Positions 38,301-53,300 of a stretch of DNA of 64,000 nt are shown here, piece after piece (position 1 is the stretch's first letter; the number at the start of each line of letters is the position of its first letter). This DNA is from Thalia democratica. Its lineage: Eukaryota. The stretch covers positions 1,054,001 to 1,118,000 of the forward strand of contig OZ241833.1 of the NCBI GenBank assembly GCA_965202585.1. The letters are read 5' to 3'. A program made the position numbers and the translations under genes. The notes under the pieces were generated by a model. That model was not told the DNA's origin, did no database searches, and saw only the letters and a program-made list of their open reading frames with translations.

Positions 38301-41300
38301 GAAAATATGTCTGAGAGTATCAGCTTATGAAAGCCCAGTCGAACCAAATAACAATGATTGCATTGCGAAGATAATGGTTGAAATATAAAATTATTTAAAT
38401 CGATGTTGTAGTGTTTTGTTGCGTTTTCAGTTTTTTCATTTTTGATTATGGGGTTACTTTTATAATTGTTAGGTCTTTATCAACACTTTAATTACTAAGA
38501 TAACTTCTAAAAGTGATACCTTTGTTTTTACTATTTACATTTAGCTGAAAATTATTAGAAAATAACTCATAGAATCTCAGCTTCTTTATCGAAGTCCAGT
38601 CGAACAAGCTAAGAATGACTGCATTTCAAAGATAATTGTATAAATATAAAAATATTTTATTAAGTGGTGTAGTGTTTTGTTGCGTTTTCAGTTTTTACAT
38701 ACTTGATTATGGGCAAACTTTTATAATTTTTAAGTCGTTTATCAACGCTTTATTTACAAAGATAAGTTCTAAAAGTGATAACTTTGTTTTTAATATTTAC
38801 ATTTAGCTGAAAATTATTAGAAAATAACTCATAGAATCTCAGCTTGTTTATCGAAGTCCAGTCGAACAAGCTAAGAATGACTGCATTTCAAAGATAATTG
38901 TATAAATATAAAAATATTTTATTAAGTGGTGTAGTGTTTTGTTGCGTTTTCAGTTTTTACATACTTGATTATGGGCAAACTTTTATAATTTTTAAGTCGT
39001 TTATCAACGCTTTATTTACAAAGATAAGTTCTAAAAGTGATAACTTTGTTTTTAATATTTACATTTAGCTGAAAATTATTAGAAAATATCTCATAGAATC
39101 TCAGCTTTATTAAAGCCCAGTCGAAGCAAATAAGAAAGACTGCAATGCAAAGATAATTGTAGAAATATGAAATTATTTTAATAGTTAGTGTAGTGTTTTG
39201 TTGCGTTTTCAGTTTTTTCATTCTTGAATATGGGGTTACTTTTATGATTGTTAGGTCGTTTACCAACACTATATTTACTAAGATAACTTCTAGAAGTGAT
39301 ACCTTTGTTTTTCTAGTTGCATTTAGCTGACAATTATTAGAAAAAATCTCTGAGAGTACCAGCTTTATAAAAGCCAAGTCAAACCAGCTAGGAGGACTCA
39401 TTGTAAAGTTATTGTGGAAATATTTAATTATTTTATGTAAGATTTAAGTGTTTTGTTGTGTTTTTAGTTTAATTCATACTTTATTACAGAATAACTATTA
39501 TAATTGTTTACTGGTTTACCAACAATTTTTTTATTAAAATAACTTCTTAAAGTGTTTTTTTTTTTTTTATCATGTCGCATGCAGTTTGAAAATATTGGAT
39601 AAATCTTTTAGAGTCTTAACTTTATCGAAGATCAGTCGAAACGGCCTAGGATGACTGCAATAAAAAGATATTTGTAAAACTACAAAATCTTTATAATAAA
39701 GGTTGTCGTGTCTCTTTTTAATTTTATTGATATTTGATTGTGTAACAAATTTAAAAAATGTTTATTTATTTATTTATGAACACTATATTTATTAAGATAA
39801 CTTCTAAAAATGATAACTTTGTTTTTTCTAGTCGCAAAAGTAGAAAATTATTGGAAGATGTTTCAGAGAGCATCAACTTTTTCCACTACAGTCAAACTTA
39901 CCGAAGACGACTGGAATTTAAAGATAATTGTAGAAATATAAAATTAGTTTATGAAAGATTTAAGTGTTTTGTTGTGTTTTGAGTTTTATTCATACTTAAT
40001 TATATGTTAACATTTTTAATTGTTAAGTAGTTTATGAACTCTTTATTTACTAATTTAATTTTTAAAAGTGATAATTTTGATTTTCTTATTGCATTTAGCC
40101 GATAATTATTAGAAAATATTTTATATAATCTCAGCTTTATCGAAGCCCAGTCGAACCAGCTAGGAATGACAGCATTGCAAAGATAATGGTAGAAATATAA
40201 AATTATTTTAATAAATGGTGAAGTGTTTTGTTGCGTTTTTAGTTTTTTCATACTTGATTATGGGGTAAGTTTTATAATTGTAAGGTCGTTTTTCAACACT
40301 TTAATTACTAAGTAACTTCAAAACGTGATACCCTTGTTTTTCTAGTTGCATTTAGCTGAAAATTATTAAAAATATCTGAGAGTATCAGCTTTATCAAAGC
40401 CTAGTCAAACTAGATAAGAAAGATTCATAGCAATGTACTTATAGAAGAATAAAGTTATTTTAAGAAAGTTTTAAGTGTTTTGTTGTGTTCTAATTTTATT
40501 TATACTTGATTATGGTGTAACTTTTATAATTGTTAGGTCGTTTATAAACACTTTATTTACAAAAATAACTTTCAAAGTAATAACTTTGTTTTTACTATTC
40601 ACATTTAGCTGAAAATTATTAGAATATATCTCATAGAGTCTCAGATTTATCAAAGCCCAGTCGAAGCAACTAAGAATGACTGTATTCTAAAGATAATGGT
40701 AGAAATATAAAATTATTTTAATAAATGGTTTAGTGTTTTGTTGCGTTTTTTATTTTTCATACTTGGTTATGGGCTATCTTTTAAAATTTTTAGGTCGTTT
40801 ATCAACACTTAAATTACTTAGATAGCTTCTAAAAGTGATAATTATGTTTTTTTTATTTACATTTAGCTAAAAACTATTAGAAAATATCTCTGAAAGTATC
40901 AGCTTTATCAAAGCCCAGTCGAACCATCAAAGAATCACTGCAATGCAGAAATATAAAACTATTTTGAGAAGGATTTAAGTATTTTGTTGCGTTTTAGTTT
41001 TATGCATAGTTGATTATGTTGTAACTTTTATAATTGTTAGGTCGTTTATCAACACTTTAATTACTAAGATAACTTCTAAAAGTGATAGCTTTGTTTTTCT
41101 AGTTACATTTAGCTGAAAATTATTAGAAAATATCTCATAGATTCTCAGCTTTATCGAAGCCAAATCGAACTAGCTAAGAATGACTGCAATGCAAAGATAA
41201 TTGTAGAAATATAAAATTATTTTAATAAATGGTGTAGTGTTTTGTTGCATTTTTAATTTTTTTTCATACTTGATTATAGGGTAACTTTTATAAATTTTAG

Positions 41301-44300
41301 GTCGTTTTTCAACGCTTTGTTTAGCAAATTAATTCCTAAAAGTGATATTTTCGATTTTCTACCTGCAATTAGCTGAAAATTATAAGAAAATATCCCATAG
41401 AATCTCAGTTTTATCGAAGCCCAGTCAAATCATCTAAGAATCACTAAATTGCAAAGATAATTGCAGAAATATAAAATTATTTTAAGAAAGATTTAAGTAT
41501 TTTGTTGCGTTTTCAGTTTATTTCATACTTAATTTTGTTGTAACTTTTAAAAATTTTAGGTCGTTTATCAACGTTTTAATTACAAAGATAACTTCTAAAA
41601 GTGATACCATTATTTTTCTAGTTGCATTTAGCTGAAAATTATTAGAAAATCTGTCAGAGAGTATCAGCTTTATCAAAACCAAGTCAAACAAGCTGAGAAT
41701 GAATGCATTTCAATATTAATGGTAAAATAATAAAATTATTATAATAAATGGTGTAGTGTTTTGTTGCGTTTAAATTTTTTTATACTTGTGTATTTTGTAA
41801 CTTTTATAATTGTTAGGTCATTTATCAACTTTTTATTTTTAAGATAACTTCTAACTGTGATAACTTTGTTTTTCAAGTAGCATTTAGCTTAAAACTGTTA
41901 GAAAATCTGTCTGAGAGTATCAGCTTTATCGAAGCCTAGTCGAACCAGCTAAGAATGACTGCATTGCAAAGATAATTATAGAAATATAAAATTATTTTGA
42001 GAAAGATTTAAGTGTTTTGTTGCGTTTTTAGCTTTAAGCATTTTTGATTATGGGGTAAATTTTATAATTGTTAGGTCGTTTATCAAAACTTTAATTACTA
42101 AGATAACGGCTAAAATTGATAAATTTGAATTTCTAGTTGATTTGGCAAAAAAATATTATAAAATATTTTGTAGAATGTCAGCTTTATTAAGCCAAGTCGA
42201 ACCAGCTAAGAATGACTGCATTGCAAAAATAATTGTAGAAATATAAAATTGTTTTAATAAATGGTCTAGTGCATTGTTGCGTTTTCAGTTTTTTTCATGC
42301 TTGATTATGGTGTAACTATAATAATTTTTAAGTCCTTTATCATCGCTTAGTTTACCAAAATAATTTCTAAAAGTGATAACTTTGATTTTCTAGTTATATT
42401 TAGCTAAAAAGTATTAAAAAACATCTCAGAGAATCTCAGCTTTATCAAAGCCCATTCGAACCAGCTAAGAATGACTGCATTGCAAAGATAATTGTTAAAA
42501 TATAAAATTATTGTAATTAATGGTGTAGTGTTTCGTTGTGTTTTTAGTTTTTCTCATGCTCGATTATGGGGTAACTGTTATAATAGTTAGGTCATTTATC
42601 AACATTTTATTTACTATGATAACTTTTGAAAGTGATAACATTGTTTTTTCTATAGTTAGATAAAAATTATTACAAAATGTCTCATAGAGTCTTAGCTTTA
42701 TAAAAACTCAGTTGAACCAGCTAAGAATGATTACATTTCAAAGATAATTGTAGAAATATAAAACTATTTTAATAAATGGTGTAGTGTTTAGTTGCGTTCT
42801 CAGTTTTTTTTTATACTTGATTATAGGGAAACTTTTATAACTGTTAGGTCGTTTATCAACACTTTAATTACTAAGATAACTTCTAAAAGCGATAAATTTG
42901 ATTTTCTAGTTGCCTTTAGCTGACAATTATTAGAAAATATCTCGTAGAATCTCAGCTTTATTGAAGCCCAGTCGAACCAGCTAAGAATGACTGCATTGCA
43001 AAAATAATTGTAGATATATAAAATTATTTTAATAAATGGTCTAGTGTTTTGTTGCGTTTTCAGTTTTTTTCATGCTTGATTATGGTGTAACTGTTATAAT
43101 TTTTAGGTCGTTTATCAATGCTTTGTTTACAAAAATAATTTCTAAAAGTGATAACTTCGATTTTCTAGTTGCATTTAGCTAAAAAGTATTAAATAACATC
43201 TCAGAGAATCTCAGCTTTATCAAAGCCCACTCGAACCAGCTAAAAATGACTGCATTGCAAAGATAATTGTTAAAATATAAAATTATTGGAATTGATGGTG
43301 TAGTGTTTCGTTGCGTTTTTAGTTTTTCTCATACTCGATTATAAGGTAACTGTTATAATAGTTAGGGCATTTATCAACACTTTTGACCGCTACTTATAGA
43401 TAATTGTAAAAAATTGAAACTATTTTAGGAAAGATTTAAGTGTTCTGTTGTGTTTTTAGTTTGTTCATACTTGATTATGATGTAACTTTTATAATTAATA
43501 GGTCGTTTATCAACGCTTAATTTACCAAAATAACTTCTAAAAGTGATAAATTTGATTTTCTAGATAGATTTAGCTGAAAAATATTTGGAAATATCTCATA
43601 GAGTCTTAGTTTTATCAAAGCCTAGTCGAACCAGCTAAGAATGACTGCATCGCAAATATAATTGTAGAAGTACTAAATTTTTTTAAGAAAGTTTTAACTG
43701 TTTTGTTGTTTTTTTAATTTTATTAATAGTTGATTATGAGGTAAAATTTATAAATATTAAGTCGTTTATCATCATTTTTTTTTACCAAGATAAGTTCTAA
43801 AAGGGATAACTTTGTTTTTTCAGTCACATTAGATGAAAACTATTAAAAAATGTTTTAGTAAGCCTCAGATTTCTCATAGTACAGTTGAACTTGCCGAAGA
43901 AGACTCTAATAGAAATATAATTGTAGAAATATACAATTATTTAAAAAAATAGATTTAAGTGTTTTGTTGTGTTTATAATTTTAATCATACTTGATTTTAC
44001 GTAAAATTTATAAATATTTAGTCATTTTTCAACGCTTCAATTACAAATATAACTTTTAAAAGTGAGAAATTTGATTCTTGAGTTAGATTTAGCTTAAAAT
44101 AATTAGAAAATATCTCATTGAGTGTCAGCTTTGTTAAAGTCCAGTCAAATCAGCGAAGAATGACTGCATTGCAAAGATGATTGTAAAAATATAAAATAAT
44201 TTTAATAAATGGTGTAGTGTTTTGTTGCGTTTTCAGTTTTTTTCATACTTTATTATGGGCTAACTTTTAAAATTGTTAGGTCGTTTATCAACACTTTAAT

Positions 44301-47300
44301 TACTAAATTTATTTCTAAAAGTAATACCTTTGTTTTTCTAGTCTTATTTAGCTGAAAATCATTATAAAATATCTATAAGAGTATCAGCTTTATCAAAGGC
44401 CAGTCGAACCAGCTAAGAATAACTGCATTGCAAAGATAAATGTAGAAATATAAAATTATTTCAATAAATATTGTAGTGTTTTTTTGCGTTTTCAGTTTTT
44501 TTCATACATGATTATGGGGTTATTTGTATAATTGATAGGTTGTTTATCAATACTTAAATTACTAAGATAACTTCTTAAAGTGATAACTTTGCTTTTCTAT
44601 TTACAATTAGCTTAAAATAATTAGAAAATATCTCAGAGAGTATCACCTCTTTCAAAGCCAAGTCGAACCAGCTAAGAATGACTGCATTGCAAAAATAATT
44701 GTAGAAATATAAAATTGTTTTAAGAAAGATTTAAGTGTTTTGCTGCGTTTTTAGTTTTATTCATACTTGATTGTGGAGTAACTTTTATAAATGTTAGGTC
44801 GTTTATCGACAATTTAATTACTAAAATAACTTCTAAAAGTTATCACCTTTGTTTTTTCTAGTCGCTTGCAGTTTGAAATTAGTAAAAAAAGTCTCCGAGA
44901 GTGACAGCTTTATGAAAGTCCAGTCGAACCAGCCAAGAATGATTGCATAAAAAAGATAATTGTAGAAATATATATATTTATTTTAAGAAAGTTTTAAGTG
45001 TTTAGTTTAGTTTTTAGTTTTATTTATAGTTGATTATGGGGTAACTTTTATATCAATAGGTCATTTACCAACGCTTTCTTACTTTATTACTTTAAAAAGT
45101 GATAAATTTGATTTTCTAGTAGCTTTTAGCTGAAAGTTTTTAGAAAATATCTAATATAGTGTCAGCTCTATCAAAGCCCAGTCGAACTGGTCAAGGATTA
45201 CTTTAATATAAGATAACGGTAGAAAAACACTTTCATTTAAGGAAAATTGAGTGTTTTGTTGTGTTTTTGGTTTTGTTCATACTTGATTATGGGCTAAATT
45301 TTTTTATATGTTAGGTCGTTTATTAACGCTTCATTTACCAAGATAACTTCCAAAAGTGATAACTTAGTTTTTCTATTTACATTTAGCTGAAAATTATTAG
45401 AAAATATCGCAGAGAGTGTCAGCTTTATCAAAACCCAGTTGAACCAGCTAAGATTGACTGCTTTGCAAATTAATTGTAGAAATGTTAAATTATTTTTAAT
45501 AAGTTTTAAGTTTTTTGTTTTGTTTTTAATTTAATTTATATCTTATTATGTAGTAACTTTAAGAATTGCTTGGCCCTTATCAACGCTTTATTTACCAAGA
45601 TAACTTCTAAAAATAAATTTGATGTTTTCTAGTCGCCTGCAGTTTGAAAACATTTGATAATTCTTTCAGAGTCTTAACTTTATCAAAGTCAAGTCGAAAC
45701 GGCCGAGGTGAACTGCAATAAAAAGACAGTCGTAAATTTACAATATCTTTAAATAAAGAGTGTTTTGTTTTATATTTTTTTTTAGTTTTATTAATATTTA
45801 ATTGTGAAAAAAAATTAGAAATTATTTAGTGATTTATGAACAACATATTCTCTAAGATAGTTTCTTTAATTGAAAACTTTGTTTTTTCTAGTTGCATTAT
45901 TTAAATATTATTAGAAAATGTTTTAGAGAGCCTCAGCTTTCTCACAGTACAGTCAAAATTGCCGAGTTGATTGTAATGAAAAAATAATTGTAGAACCATA
46001 AAATTATTTTAAGAAACGTTTGAGTGTTTTGTTGTGGATTTCGTTTTATTCATACTTATTTATGGGGTAATATTATAATTGTTAGGTCGTTTATCAACAC
46101 TTTATTTAGCAAGATAACTTCTAAAATTAATAAATTTGATTTTCTAGTTGCATTTAGCTGAAAATTATCAGAAAATATCTCATAGAGTCACAGCTTTATC
46201 AAAGCCAAGTCGAACCAGCTAAATATGACTGCATTGCAAAGTAATTGTAGAGATATACATTTATTTTAAAAAAGATTTAAGTGTTTTGATATGTTTTAAA
46301 TTTCATTTATACTTGATTATGGGGTAATTTTTATAATTGTTAGGTCGTTTATCAACGCTTTATTTACCAAGATAACTTCTAAAAGTGATAACTTTTTTAT
46401 ATCTATTTACATTTAGCTAAAATTGTAGAACATTGAAGCGGGCAACAAAAAATTAGAACTGATAACAGTAAAAAGAGTTTTTGATCACCGAGAACTTAAA
46501 AGCGTCTTCATTGTAGGATATCAAGGCAGACAACAAACCAGCAGAGCTGATAAGAGTTAAATGAATTTTTGATCAATAAGAACTTAACAGCAATTTCATT
46601 GTAGAACATTAAAGCGGGCAACAAAAAATTAGTACTGATAACAGTAAAAGGAATTTTTGATCACCAAGAACTTAACAGCGATTTCATTGTAGAACATTAA
46701 AGCGGGCAACAAAACATTAAAACTGAAGAAGTAAAAGAAATTTTTGATCACCAAGTACTTAACATCGATTTTTTGCAGGATTACTAGGCGGGAAACAAAC
46801 TAGCAGAACTGATTAGAGTAAAAAGAATTTTTAATCATCAAGAACTTAACAGTGTCTTCGTTGGATGCCAAGGCAAGCTACAAACCAGCAGAACTTATAA
46901 CAGTGAAATGAATTTTTGATCACCAACAACCTAACAACGACTTAATTGTAGGATACCAAGGCGGGCAACAAACTAGGAGAACTGATAACAATGATAGGAA
47001 ATTAAGATCACTAACAACTTAACAGCGTCTTCATTGTAGGATACCAAGACGGGCAATAAACCAGGAGAACTGAAAACAATGTAAGGAGTTTTAGATCACT
47101 AGGTCCTTAAAAACAACCTAATTGTAAGATACTAAGGTGGGCAACCAAACTGAGAACTTATAACATTAAGAGAAATTTTTGATCACCAAGAACGTAAAAA
47201 CAACTTTATTGTAGGACACCAAGGTGGGCAACAAACCAGCAGAACTGATAACAGTAAAAGGAATTTTTGATCATCAAGAACTTAACAACGACTTCATTGT

Positions 47301-50300
47301 GGAATACCAAAGTTGGCAACAAACCAACAGAACTGACAACAGTAAAAGAAATTTTTGATCACAACAACTTAACAGCGATTTCATTGTTGAATATTAAGGT
47401 GGACTATAAACCTGCAGAACTGATATCAGTGAAAGGAATTTTTGATCACCAAGAACTAAACAACAACTTCAGTGTAGAATACCGATGCGGGCAAAAAACC
47501 AGCAGAACTGATAACAGTAAAAGAAATTTTGATTACCAAGAACTAAACAGCGATTTCATTGTGGGACACCCAGGCAGCCAACAAAACAGCAGAACTGATA
47601 ACAGTGAAAGGAATTTTTGATCACCAAGAACTTAACAGCGTCTTCATTGTGGGATACCAAGGTGAGCAACAAACCAGCAGAACTGATAATGGTAAAAGTA
47701 ATTTTTGATCACCAAGAAGTAAACAGCGATTTAGTTGTGGGATACCAAGGTGGGCAAAAAACCAGCAGAACTGATAACAGTAAAAGAAATTTTTGATCAC
47801 CAAAAACTTATAAATAACTTCATTGTAGAATACCAATGCGGGCAAAAAACCAGCAGAACTGATAACATTAAAAGATATTTTGAACATTAAGAACTTTACA
47901 GCGATTTCATTGTAGGACACCAAAGTGGGCAACAAACCAGCAGAACTAATAACAGTGAAAGATATTTTGAACAACAAGATCTAAACAGCAACTTCATTGT
48001 AGAATACCGAGGCGGGAAACAAACCAGCAAAACTGTAACAGTGAAAGGATTTATTGATCACCAAGATCTTAACAGCGATTTCATTGTAGGACACCAAAGC
48101 GGACAATAAACCAGCAAAACTGATAACAGTAAAATAAACTTTGGTCACCAAGAACTTAACAGCAACTTCATTGTAGGACACCAAGGCGGACAATAAACCA
48201 GCAGAACTGATACCTGTGAAAGGAACTTTTGATGACCGAGAACTTAACAGCGATTTCATTGTAGAACATTAAAACGGGCAACAAAACATTAGAACTGATA
48301 ACAGTGATTGGAATTTTTGATCACCGAGTGCTTAACAGCGATTTCATTGTAAGACACCGTGCGGGCAACAAAGCAGCAGAATTGATAATAACGAAAGAAA
48401 TTTTTGATCACGAAGAACTTAACTTTGCTTCATTGTGCAACAACAAGGGCAACAAACCAGCAGAACTGATATCAGTAAAATGAATTTTTGATCACCAAGA
48501 ACTTAACAGCGATTTCATTGTAGAACATTAAAGCGGGCACCAAAACATTAGAACTGAAAACAGTAAAAGAAATTTTTAATCACCAAGTGCTTAACAGCGA
48601 TTTTTTGCAGGATACCAAGGCGGGAAACAAAATAGCAGAACTGATTAGAGTAAAAAGAATTTTTAATCATCAAGAACTTAACAGTGTCTTCGTTGGATGC
48701 CAAGGCAAGCTATAAACCATCAGAACTCGAAACAGTGAAGAGAATTTTTGATCACTAACAACCTAACAACGACTTAATTGTAGGATACCAAGGCGGGCAA
48801 CAAACCAGCTGAACTGATAACAATAATAGGAGTTTAAGATCACTAAGTCCTTAACTGCGTCTTCATTGTAGGATACCAAGACGGGCAATAAACCAGGAGA
48901 ACTAAAAACAATGTAAGGAATTTTAGATCACTAGGTCCTTAAAAACAACCTTATTGTAAAATACTAAGGTGGGCAACCAACCAGGAGAACTGATAACATT
49001 AAGAGAAATTTTTGATTACCAAGAACTTAAAAAAAACTTTATTGTAGGACACCAAGGTGGGCAACAAACCAGCAGAACAGATAACAGTGAAAGGAATTTT
49101 AGATCACCAAGAACTTAACAGCGATTTCATTGTGGGATACCAAGGTGGACTACAAACCTGCAGAACTGATATCAGTGAAAAAAAATTTTTGATCACCAAG
49201 AACTAAACAGCAACTTCATTGTAGAATACCGAGGCGGGAAATGAACCAGCATAACTGTAACAGTGAAAGGATTTATTGATCACAAAGAACTTAACAGCAA
49301 CTTCATTGTGTGATATCAAAGTGGGCAACAAACCAGCAGAACTGACAAAAGTAAAAGAAATTTTTGATCACCAACAACTTAACAGCAATTTCATTGTAGG
49401 ACACCAAAGCGGACAATAAACCAGCAGAACTGATAACAGTAATAGAAATTTTTGATCACCAAGAACTTAACAGCAACTTCATTGTAGGACACCATGGCGG
49501 GGAACAAACTAGCAGAACTGATAACAATAAAGAAATTATGATCACGAAGAACTTAATTGCGTCTTCATTGTTAGATACCAATGCGGGCAAAAAACCAGCA
49601 GAACTAGTAACAGTAAAGATATTTTGAACACAAAAAACTTAAAGACGACTTCATTGTAGAATACCGAGGTGGGCAACAAACCAGCAGAACTGATAACAGT
49701 GAAAGATATTTTGAACACAAAGAACTAAACAGCGACTTCATTGTAGAATACCGAGGCGGGAAACAAACCACCAGAACTGTAACAGTGAAAGGTTTATTGA
49801 TCACAAAAAACTTAACAACAACTTCATTGTAGGACACCAAGGCGGGAAACAAACCAGCAGAACTGAAAACAGTGAAAGATCTTTAAACACTAATAAAAAA
49901 AAAACAACTTCATTGTAGAACACAGAGGCGGAAAACAAACCAGCAGAACTGTAACAGTGAAAGGATTTATTGATCACCAAGAACTTAACAGCGTCTTCAT
50001 TGTAGGATACCAAGGCAGACAACAAACCAGCAGAGCTGATAACAGTAAAATAAATTTTTTATCAATAAGAACTTAACAGCGATTTCATTGTAGAACACTA
50101 AAGCGGGCAACAAAAAATTAGAACTGAAGACAGTAAAAGAAATTTTTGATCACCAAGTACTTAACAGCAATTTTTTTTAGAATACCAAGGCGGGAAACAA
50201 ACCAGCAGAACTGATTAGAGTGAAAAAAAAAAATTTGATAATCAAGAACTTAACATTGTCTTCGTTGGATGCCGTAGCAAGCTACAAACCAGCAGAACTG

Positions 50301-53300
50301 ATAACAGTGAAATGATTTTTCGATCAACAACAAAATAACGACTTGATTGAAGGATACCTAGGCGGGAACCAAACCAGTAGAATTTATAGCAGTGAAATGA
50401 ATTTTTGATCATTAACAACTTAACAACGACTTTATTGTAGGATACCAAGGCGGGCAACAAACCAAGAGAACTGATAACAATGATAGAAATTTAAGATTAC
50501 TGACTCCTTAACAGCGACTTCATTGTAGGATACCAAAGGGGGGGGGGATAAACCAGCAGAACTGATAACAATGAAAGGAATTTTAGATCACTTGGTCCTT
50601 AATAACAACCTAATTGTAAAATACTAAGGTTGGCAACCAACCAGCAGAATTGATAACACTAACAGAAATTTTTGATCACTAAGAACTTAAAAACAACTTT
50701 ATTGTAGGTCACCAAGGCGGGCAACAAAACAGCAGAACTGATAACAGTGAAAGGAATTTTTGATTACCAAGAACTTAACAGCGTCTTCAATGTGGGATAC
50801 CAAGGTGGGAAACAAACGAGCAGAACTAATAACAGTAAAAGAAATTTTCGATCATCAAGAACTTAACAACGATTTTATTGTGGAATACTAAGGTGGGCAA
50901 CAAACCAGCAGAACTGATATCAGTAAAATGAATTTTTAATGACCAAGAACTTAACAACGACTTCATTGTAGGACACCACAGCGGGCTACAAACTAGCAGG
51001 ACTGATGACAGTGAAAGGAATTTTTGATCACCAAGAACTTAACAGCGACTTCATTGTAGGACACCAAGGCGGACAACAAACCAGCAGAAACGATTTCAGT
51101 TGATTGAATTTTTTAATTACCAAGAACTTAACAGCGATTTCATTGTAGGACACTAAGGCGGGCAAAAAACTAGCAGAACTGATAACAGTGAAAGAAATTT
51201 TTGATCAGCGAGAAAAAAACTGCAACTTCATCGTAAGACACCAAAGCGGGCAACAAACCAGCAGAACTGATAACAGTAAAAGATATTTTGAACACCAAGA
51301 ATCAAACAGCAACTTCATTGTAGAACACCAAGGCGGGCACTAAAACAGCAGAACTGTAACAGTGAAACGAATTTTAGATCCCCAAGAAATTAACAGCGTC
51401 TTTATTGTAGGACACCAAGGCGGACAATAAACCAGCAGAACTGATAACAGTGAAAGGAATTTTTGATTACCGAGAACTTAACAGCGATTTCATTGTGGGA
51501 AACCAAGGTTTGAAACAAAGCAGCAGAATTAATATAAGTAAAATGTATTTTAGATCACTAAGAACTTAATAACGACTTCATTGTAGAATACCAAGGCGGG
51601 TAATGAGCTAGCAAAACTGATAACAATAAAAGAAATTTTTTTAATCACTATGAACTTAACAACGACTTCATTGTAGAATAGCAAGGCGAACTACAAACCT
51701 GCAGAACTGATAGAAGTGAAAGGAATTTTTGATCATCGAGAACTTAACAGCGTTTTTATTGGAGAAAACCAAGGCGGGAAACAAACAAGCAGAACTGATA
51801 ACAGTAAAAGAAATTTTTGATCACCGAGAACTTAACAGCGTCTTCATTGTAGTATACCAAGGCAACCAACAAACCAGCAGAGCTGATAACAGTAAAATGA
51901 ATTTTTGATCAATAAGAACTTAACAGCGATTTCATTGTAGAACATTAAAGCGGGCAACAAAAAATTAGATCTGATAATAGTAAAAGAAATATTTGATCAC
52001 CAAGAACTCAACAGCGATTTCATCGTAGAACACTAAAGCGGGCTATAAATCATCAGAACTGAAAACAGTAAAAGAAATTTTTGATCACCAAGTACTTAAC
52101 AGCGATTTTTTGCAGGATACCAAGGCGGGAAACAAACCAGCAGAACTAATGAGAGTGAATGATTTTTGATCATCAAGAACTTAACAGTGTTTTCGTTGGA
52201 TGCCAAGGCAAGCTACAAACCAGCAGAACTGATAACAGTGAAACGAATTTTTGATCAACAACAAAATAGCGACTTTATTGTAGGATACCAAGGCGGGCAA
52301 AAACCAAGTGAACTGATAACAATAATAGGAATTTAAGATCTCTGAGTCCTTAACAACGACTTCATTGTAGGATACCAAGGGGGGAATAAACCAGCAGAAC
52401 TGATAACAATGAAAGAAATTTTAGATCACCAAGAACTTAAAAACAACTTTATTGTAGGACACCAAGGTGGGCAACAAACCAGCAGAACTGATAACAGTGA
52501 AAGAAATTTTTGATCACCAAGAACTTAACAGCGATTTCATTGTGGGATACCAAGGTCTACTACAAACCTGCACAATTGATATCAGTAAAAGGAATTTTTG
52601 ATCAACAAGAACTTAACAGCGATTTCATTGTGGGATACCAAGGTGGACTACAAACCTGCATAAACTGATATCAGTAAAAGGAATTTTTGATCACCACGAA
52701 CTTGAAAACAACTTTTTGTGGTCACCAAAGTTGGTAACAAACAAACAGAACTGATAACAGTAAAAGGAAATTTCGATCACCAAGAACTTAACAACGACTT
52801 CATAGTGAGATACCAAAGTGGGTAACAAACCAGCAGAACTGATAACAGTAAAAGAAATTTTTGATCACATTGAACTTAACAGCGATATCATTGTAGAACA
52901 TTAAAGCGGGCACCAAAACATTTGAACTGAAAACAGTAAAAGAAATTTTTGATCACCAAGTGCTTAACAGCGATTTTTTGCAGGATACCAAGGCGGAAAA
53001 CAAACAAGCAGAACTGATTAGAGTAAAAAGAATTTTTAATCATCAAGAACTTAACAGTGTCTTCGTTGGATGCCAAGGCAAGCTATAAACCATCAGAACT
53101 CGAAACAGTGAAGAGAATTTTTGATCACTAACAACCTAACAACGACTTAATTGTAGGATACCAAGGCGGGCAACAAACCAGCAGAACTGATAACAATAAT
53201 AGGAGTTTAAGATCACTAAGTCCTTAACTGCGTCTTCATTGTAGGATACCAAGACGGGCAATAAACCAGGAGAACTAAAAACAATGTAAGGAATTTCAGA

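Larger units (their letters stand above)
24733..46421 (+). repeat. Satellite family A, array 2 (~259 bp monomers, about 70 copies, interrupted by a hAT element)
   Basis: Same monomer as array 1, with anchors at 26569, 26828, 27086 and 27345 (258-259 bp spacing). Mostly the AATAAATGGTGTAGTGTTTTGTTGCGTTTTCAG subtype up to about 43380, then array-1-like variants. Confidence 0.97.

Noticed and set aside
322-40251. Short ORFs in satellite A (e.g. 322-549, 6557-6766, 25748-26098, 39012-39401)
   Set aside because: These are chance open frames in an AT-rich 258-259 bp repeat. The paralogous monomers carry stops and indels at the same positions.
24733-46421. Satellite A (259 bp) as a diverged trimer of satellite B (3 x 88 = 264 bp)
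   Set aside because: Only short AT-rich words are shared (AACCAGC, ATTGTAGAA). Internal similarities in A are spaced 81 and 105 bp apart, which is not a consistent period. A profile alignment would be needed to revive this idea.
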